Shown piece by piece: positions 36,248 to 40,208 of a DNA stretch of 40,208 bases (the first letter of the stretch is position 1; each line of letters opens with the position of its first letter). The notes beneath the pieces are model-generated. The model saw only the letters and a program-made list of their open reading frames with translations, made no database searches and was not told where the DNA came from. A program made the position numbers and the translations under genes. The stretch comes from Cyanobium sp. (GTDB lineage: Bacteria > Cyanobacteriota > Cyanobacteriia > PCC-6307 > Cyanobiaceae). The DNA lies in the NCBI GenBank assembly GCA_044352805.1, contig JBILDB010000001.1:1-40208 (forward strand). Direction: 5' to 3'.

Positions 36248-36346
36248 TGCAGAGCCTTAAGGCTTCGTTGGTGACCGGTTTTGCTTTCGGGCCTAGGACT
36301 CTCCAGTCTGTATCGGTTAAGGTTCCTTCACGAACTTGCGCTTTTC

Positions 36347-37591
36347 GTGCGGAATTCCAGTCTTGACAACCAGTTTCCGATCTCCTTCCTCGCCCTACCG
36401 TGGCTTCGGCAGCATGGCTTAAGGCGCTTGGCGGTACTTTCTGCGACCGCTTCCCTTACGGCCTCGCCCGTTGGCCTCTTAGCTGCTCCATTGGCAGGGT
36501 CAATGGCTGCTGCAGATCCAGGAAACCCTAACTCGTATGTTCAAATCAAGCCAGTGCCCATACCCAAGTCATCAGGGCCTGTTTTGTTGGATCGAAACCA
36601 GTCTCCTGTGCCGATGCCAATGGCTGAGAGATCGCTATCGCTCCCGGAACTTTACAGTGATCTTTATACTCTAGGTCCTGGTGATGTATTACAGCTTACA
36701 TTTTTAGATCCGGAAGCCAAGTCACTGAACGGCGCCTTCGGTATTTTGGCAGACGGTACCACGACACTACCGCTAGTTGGATCTGTCCAGCTGATTGGCC
36801 TCACCATCGGTCAGGCAACACGTTGGTTGAGCTCTCTGTACGCCAAACAATTGGTTCGTCCTCAGTTAACTCTGACTCTTACAACTCCCAGGCCAGTCAA
36901 GGTAACCATTGTGGGGGAGGTGACCCGTCCTGGTCTTTACCCTCTTGGTTCTTTCTCCAATCCTGTAGAGGCCATTCAAACCGCTGGTGGGGTGACGGTT
37001 AATGCTGATGTCCGCAATATTCTTTTGCGGCGACTAGCCGGTAAAGCGGGGGCTCAAAAGCAGACAACCCTAAATCTCGCAGACCTTTTTGCTAATGGCA
37101 ATCAACTGCAAAATCCGGTATTGTTCGATGGAGACACTATTATTGTATCTCGCGCCCTACAGCCAATTCCCGAGGAAGTCTTGGCAATTGGTCAAACCAA
37201 TCTGGCTCCAGCCACCATCAGTGTGACTGTGATTGGAGAGGTTAAGACACCTGGAACCGTCGCCTTGCCTGCCAACACCCCACTCATTGAAGCCCTATTC
37301 AGATCAGGAGGCTTGATTCGACGTCGCGCTCAGAAGAACCATATCGAACTGGTGCGGTTCAACCGTAACGGCACCACGACTCGCCAGATTTTTTCTTATA
37401 AGGATGATCTATCTGTTTCTAACCTGACTAACCCACCCTTGCGTAATGGTGACACAATAATTGTTCGCAGCAACCTTTATGGCAAGACTCTCACTTTTCT
37501 AAACGACCTGGCCGAGCCGTTAGGAGCGCTTAATAGTATATTGAACTATGCAAACTATTGGAATTATTGGAATAACAACAATGGCCGTTGA
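36347..37591 (+). CDS. wza: Polysaccharide export protein (Wza/OPX, Poly_export plus SLBB domains)
   Basis: Motifs YTLGPGDVL, DGTTTLPLVG, VTIVGEVTRPGLY, AIQTAGG, LFDGDTIIV, VIGEVKTPG and LRNGDTIIV. Start is uncertain (TTG 36281, GTG 36347). Confidence 0.9.
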   Translation: MRNSSLDNQFPISFLALPWLRQHGLRRLAVLSATASLTASPVGLLAAPLAGSMAAADPGNPNSYVQIKPVPIPKSSGPVLLDRNQSPVPMPMAERSLSLPELYSDLYTLGPGDVLQLTFLDPEAKSLNGAFGILADGTTTLPLVGSVQLIGLTIGQATRWLSSLYAKQLVRPQLTLTLTTPRPVKVTIVGEVTRPGLYPLGSFSNPVEAIQTAGGVTVNADVRNILLRRLAGKAGAQKQTTLNLADLFANGNQLQNPVLFDGDTIIVSRALQPIPEEVLAIGQTNLAPATISVTVIGEVKTPGTVALPANTPLIEALFRSGGLIRRRAQKNHIELVRFNRNGTTTRQIFSYKDDLSVSNLTNPPLRNGDTIIVRSNLYGKTLTFLNDLAEPLGALNSILNYANYWNYWNNNNGR

Positions 37592-37627
37592 CCTTTCGTT
37601 TAATCTTTCATCTTCTATCTAGTCCCC

Positions 37628-38899
37628 ATGGAACGCTACCCCCAACCCGTTAACACCAAGGCCGTTGCTTGGGCCCTGCTATCCCAATCCCTTTGGCTGC
37701 CCCTCGTAGGGATCGATTTCCACGACCGTTGGCAAGCGGAATCTCGTCGTTCCCGTCCCCTCGTGCTTCCCCAGGCCGAGTTGGCGGCGTCCCTGCCCCC
37801 CCCACCTTTGCTCAATCCTGCCGATCCGGCTCGCCTTTCACCCGGTGCCCGATCCAATTCTTCTGCCCGTGGATTTCTGCTGGGGGCTTCCTCTCCAGCA
37901 GCCCATGCCCAGGTGGGTCAACTTCTCGATGGGGCTGACGAGTCTGTTCAAATTGGTCAAATTGGCCAGGACCCGATCACTCGACGACCGTTCAAGGTCG
38001 CTTTGCAATCCTTCCCCTCGACCTCAGGTGGGTCCCAGTCCTCAGCTAATGGTCAGCTCGCCAGCGCCACTGGCTACGACCTGTTGCAGCGTTCGTTTAC
38101 ACCTGCAGAGCTATTGGGGGGAGTTTTAACCTTGGGTGATTTGCAGACCGAGCCGATCCCGGCGGTCGCCCTCTCCGAACGGGCCCGTCTGGCCCGTTCC
38201 TCGGACCCGCTCGCTCCCCTACCCCAGGCCTGGCGTGAACCGATGCGTCGCGCCCTCAACGCCATCAATATCCCCTCGCCCCTGCAGCCCCCCGCCCAGC
38301 TAGAGGCAGCCCGCGTGGTGCACGTGCCTTCGATGAAGGTGTCCCGTGCCATCGCAGTGCCTTTGGCGCTGCAGTCAGACGGCAGCGTTGATCTGCTGTC
38401 AAAACCGGAAGACCCGGCGGTCCTCGAGGCGATTCGCGGCTGGAGTGGCCGTCAAGATCCCCCTGCCTTGGGTCGCGTAGCTCCCGCCATCGTGCATGTC
38501 GAACCCCTCAAGGAGCTGCCGCCGCTGAGATCAACCGCTGGCAAGGCCCAGCCTGCGGCCCATGCTTCGGGCCCAAATTCGTCGTCCAATCAAGCACCTG
38601 CTGCCCTTAACTCGCCACTGCCTGCGGTTGCGCCCATGCCGACGTCTTCGGCCCCTGCGCCTTCAGCCGCTGTCCCTCCTGTCTCTGAACTCCGTGGGGA
38701 GACCCTTGAGCCCCAACTGCCAGAGTCGGCGGCAGCCCCCAGTGCGACCTCGCAATCCTTAGCCCCTTCAGCTCTCCCTTCGGCTGCTGTCGCTCCAGCA
38801 CCTGAGGTGGTTCCAGCACCTGAGGTGGCTCCTGCCACGGCCCCCAGTGTCCCCCAGGCCGCATCACCGGCATCATCTACTACCCAGCCTGCTTCGTGA
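37628..38899 (+). CDS. Hypothetical envelope protein with N-terminal hydrophobic anchor and Pro/Ala/Ser-rich C-terminal region
   Basis: 423-aa ORF with ATG after a pyrimidine-rich leader, GTGA-coupled to the next gene. N-terminal AVAWALLSQSLWLPLV, an ordered-looking core, and a low-complexity tail of about 130 aa. Confidence 0.75.
   Translation: MERYPQPVNTKAVAWALLSQSLWLPLVGIDFHDRWQAESRRSRPLVLPQAELAASLPPPPLLNPADPARLSPGARSNSSARGFLLGASSPAAHAQVGQLLDGADESVQIGQIGQDPITRRPFKVALQSFPSTSGGSQSSANGQLASATGYDLLQRSFTPAELLGGVLTLGDLQTEPIPAVALSERARLARSSDPLAPLPQAWREPMRRALNAINIPSPLQPPAQLEAARVVHVPSMKVSRAIAVPLALQSDGSVDLLSKPEDPAVLEAIRGWSGRQDPPALGRVAPAIVHVEPLKELPPLRSTAGKAQPAAHASGPNSSSNQAPAALNSPLPAVAPMPTSSAPAPSAAVPPVSELRGETLEPQLPESAAAPSATSQSLAPSALPSAAVAPAPEVVPAPEVAPATAPSVPQAASPASSTTQPAS
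38793..38828 (+). repeat. 18-bp tandem duplication (C/T)TCCAGCACCTGAGGTGG x2, encoding PAPEV repeats
   Basis: Two adjacent copies with one mismatch, in frame within the Pro/Ala-rich tail. Confidence 0.8.
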
Positions 38900-39582
38900 T
38901 TTTCCGCTCTCCTGTTGCCAGGTTGACTGTGGCCGTTGCTGTTGTCTTGGCGGCGACCCCTCCGGTCTTAGCCCAGGGCCTCCAACCCCTGGCTCCTTGG
39001 CGCCAGGTGGCCCCCCAGGCCCCTGCAGCCTCCTGGACCCCTCTTTCTGATCGGCGTGCCAATCCCCTGGCCTGGCGACAGGTGTCTCCGTACGAAGTGC
39101 TACCGCCAGCCCATCAGGCTGAACCGGCTGCTGAAATAGCTGCTCCATTGATAGACCCTGCAACGCAACCCGGGCCAATTTTTGGCATTGGAACTGGATA
39201 CCATGGCTTTGCTGGTGATCGCCCCAGTCCTGTGCTGACCGGGCGCCTTGGGTATGCCTTTGGTGAAGGTTTTGGGGTTTCCCTACGGCCAACTTATATT
39301 TTCTTGAACAGGGACATGCAGGGCGTTGACAATAGTGATGGAGCCTTTCAGTTGCCCCTCACGCTTGATTTTTTCCCTCGCGCTATCTTTTCACCCTATT
39401 TCGGGGCCGGCCTGGCCACCAATACTGATACAAGCAATACAACCGATGCCATGCTCACGGGTGGTTTTGATCTGAATCTAGTGCGTCATTTGACCCTGGG
39501 TTTTAATGTAAACTATGTTTTCCAATCGGCGCTTAACGACACTGACTGGGAAGCTATGGCCTTACTTTATTTTCGCTTTTAG
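38896..39582 (+). CDS. Small outer-membrane beta-barrel protein (about 8 strands, OmpW/OmpA-like)
   Basis: Signal peptide ending VLA-Q, eight amphipathic strand-like segments (e.g. FSPYFGAGLA, LTGGFDLNL, LTLGFNVNYVF) and C-terminal YFRF beta-signal. Confidence 0.8.
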   Translation: MIFRSPVARLTVAVAVVLAATPPVLAQGLQPLAPWRQVAPQAPAASWTPLSDRRANPLAWRQVSPYEVLPPAHQAEPAAEIAAPLIDPATQPGPIFGIGTGYHGFAGDRPSPVLTGRLGYAFGEGFGVSLRPTYIFLNRDMQGVDNSDGAFQLPLTLDFFPRAIFSPYFGAGLATNTDTSNTTDAMLTGGFDLNLVRHLTLGFNVNYVFQSALNDTDWEAMALLYFRF

Positions 39583-39633
39583 CTATATTGGTGTATTGTT
39601 TGATTATAAATCTGTTTTCACTTTTTCCTTTGT

Positions 39634-40194
39634 TTAGGCTTCGGCCACTGCCTCAATGGCAGCAGCAATTTGATCACGTTGCTCGGCGTCGTAGCCCCAT
39701 CGCTCCAGAAAATCCACGTCTTGCCCTTCGCCCCGGGTGCCGGCCAGCAGCGATTCGAGTCGCAGTTTGACCAGATTTGGTTCCAGTAAGCGCAACAAGG
39801 CGCGGCTGCGCTCACTGACCCGTTGGGAGGCCTGGGCTGACACCCCGTCTTGGTTGCGCGCATGATGCACTGCCATTGCTGTACCCATGGCCAGATTTCT
39901 GGCTGTGAGATCGACAACCCCCTCTCCCGCCAGGCGCAGGCACTGGATCAGGGCTTCGGGCATGCGGTCCATCAAGGGTCCTTCACCTGCCATCGCCACC
40001 ACAAAGAAACCCCTCGCCCCATCGCGGCTCGCCACCAAATCCCCGACTCGCTCGGCCAAAACCTCATCGCTCAACTCATCCTGTTCCCATTCCTCCAGCC
40101 ACTGGCTGGCTAGAGCCATGGCTGCTTGAAAGCCGATGGGCTTCGCCAGGGGGTGGTCTCCATGGCTGGGGTCGCTGCTCAAGGGGGTGCTCAT
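39634..40194 (-). CDS. Conserved cyanobacterial hypothetical protein
   Basis: Motifs FQAAMALASQWL, ELSDEVLAERV, RDGARGFFVV, LTARNLAMGTAM and FLERWGYDAEQ. GC-rich, core-like composition. Confidence 0.8.
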   Translation of the reverse strand: MSTPLSSDPSHGDHPLAKPIGFQAAMALASQWLEEWEQDELSDEVLAERVGDLVASRDGARGFFVVAMAGEGPLMDRMPEALIQCLRLAGEGVVDLTARNLAMGTAMAVHHARNQDGVSAQASQRVSERSRALLRLLEPNLVKLRLESLLAGTRGEGQDVDFLERWGYDAEQRDQIAAAIEAVAEA

Positions 40195-40208
40195 GGGCTG
40201 CCAGAGGG

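Noticed and set aside
36363-36368. Perfect TTGACA -35 box near the wza start
   Set aside because: There is no -10-like hexamer at 16-18 nt spacing, and it may lie inside the coding region.
37796-37803. C8 homopolymer as a phase-variation switch
   Set aside because: It is short and explained by a poly-Pro codon run, and the frame is intact.
37628-38899. Possible PEP-CTERM substrate (PAPEV repeats near the C-terminus)
   Set aside because: No C-terminal TM helix or basic cluster follows, so it is not a canonical exosortase signal.
1-40208. CRISPR array, integrase, transposase or prophage genes
   Set aside because: I found no regularly spaced repeats and no ORF with recombinase, transposase or phage motifs.

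Overview
This window looks like a picocyanobacterial (Cyanobium/Synechococcus-like) cell-surface glycan island of about 38 kb. It lies between two GC-rich, convergent, core-type genes: an LpxB-like GT-B protein on the left, just after what appears to be the 3' end of a tRNA-Leu, and a conserved cyanobacterial hypothetical protein on the right. In order, the island carries: fcl and galE; an inverted TIGR03790-family gene; a long, translationally coupled run of 13 glycosyltransferase genes (one a GT2-GT4 fusion); a Wzy/ligase-like membrane protein; two asparagine-synthase-like amidotransferases; a NodU-type carbamoyltransferase; a CDP-tyvelose-epimerase-like SDR; a DUF218 protein; a WbpL/MraY-like initiating transferase; and a CapD/WbpM dehydratase. 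These are followed by a cyanoexosortase A with its partner gene and a CX5R dual-specificity phosphatase, a convergent Wzc tyrosine autokinase, and a divergent Wza, Pro/Ala/Ser-rich protein and 8-stranded beta-barrel operon. The most interesting feature is the physical integration of exosortase protein sorting with a Wza/Wzc glycan system. That system has a non-canonical candidate phosphatase and extra envelope proteins, but no visible flippase and no PEP-CTERM substrate. All family calls come from motif recognition by eye; no searches were run.
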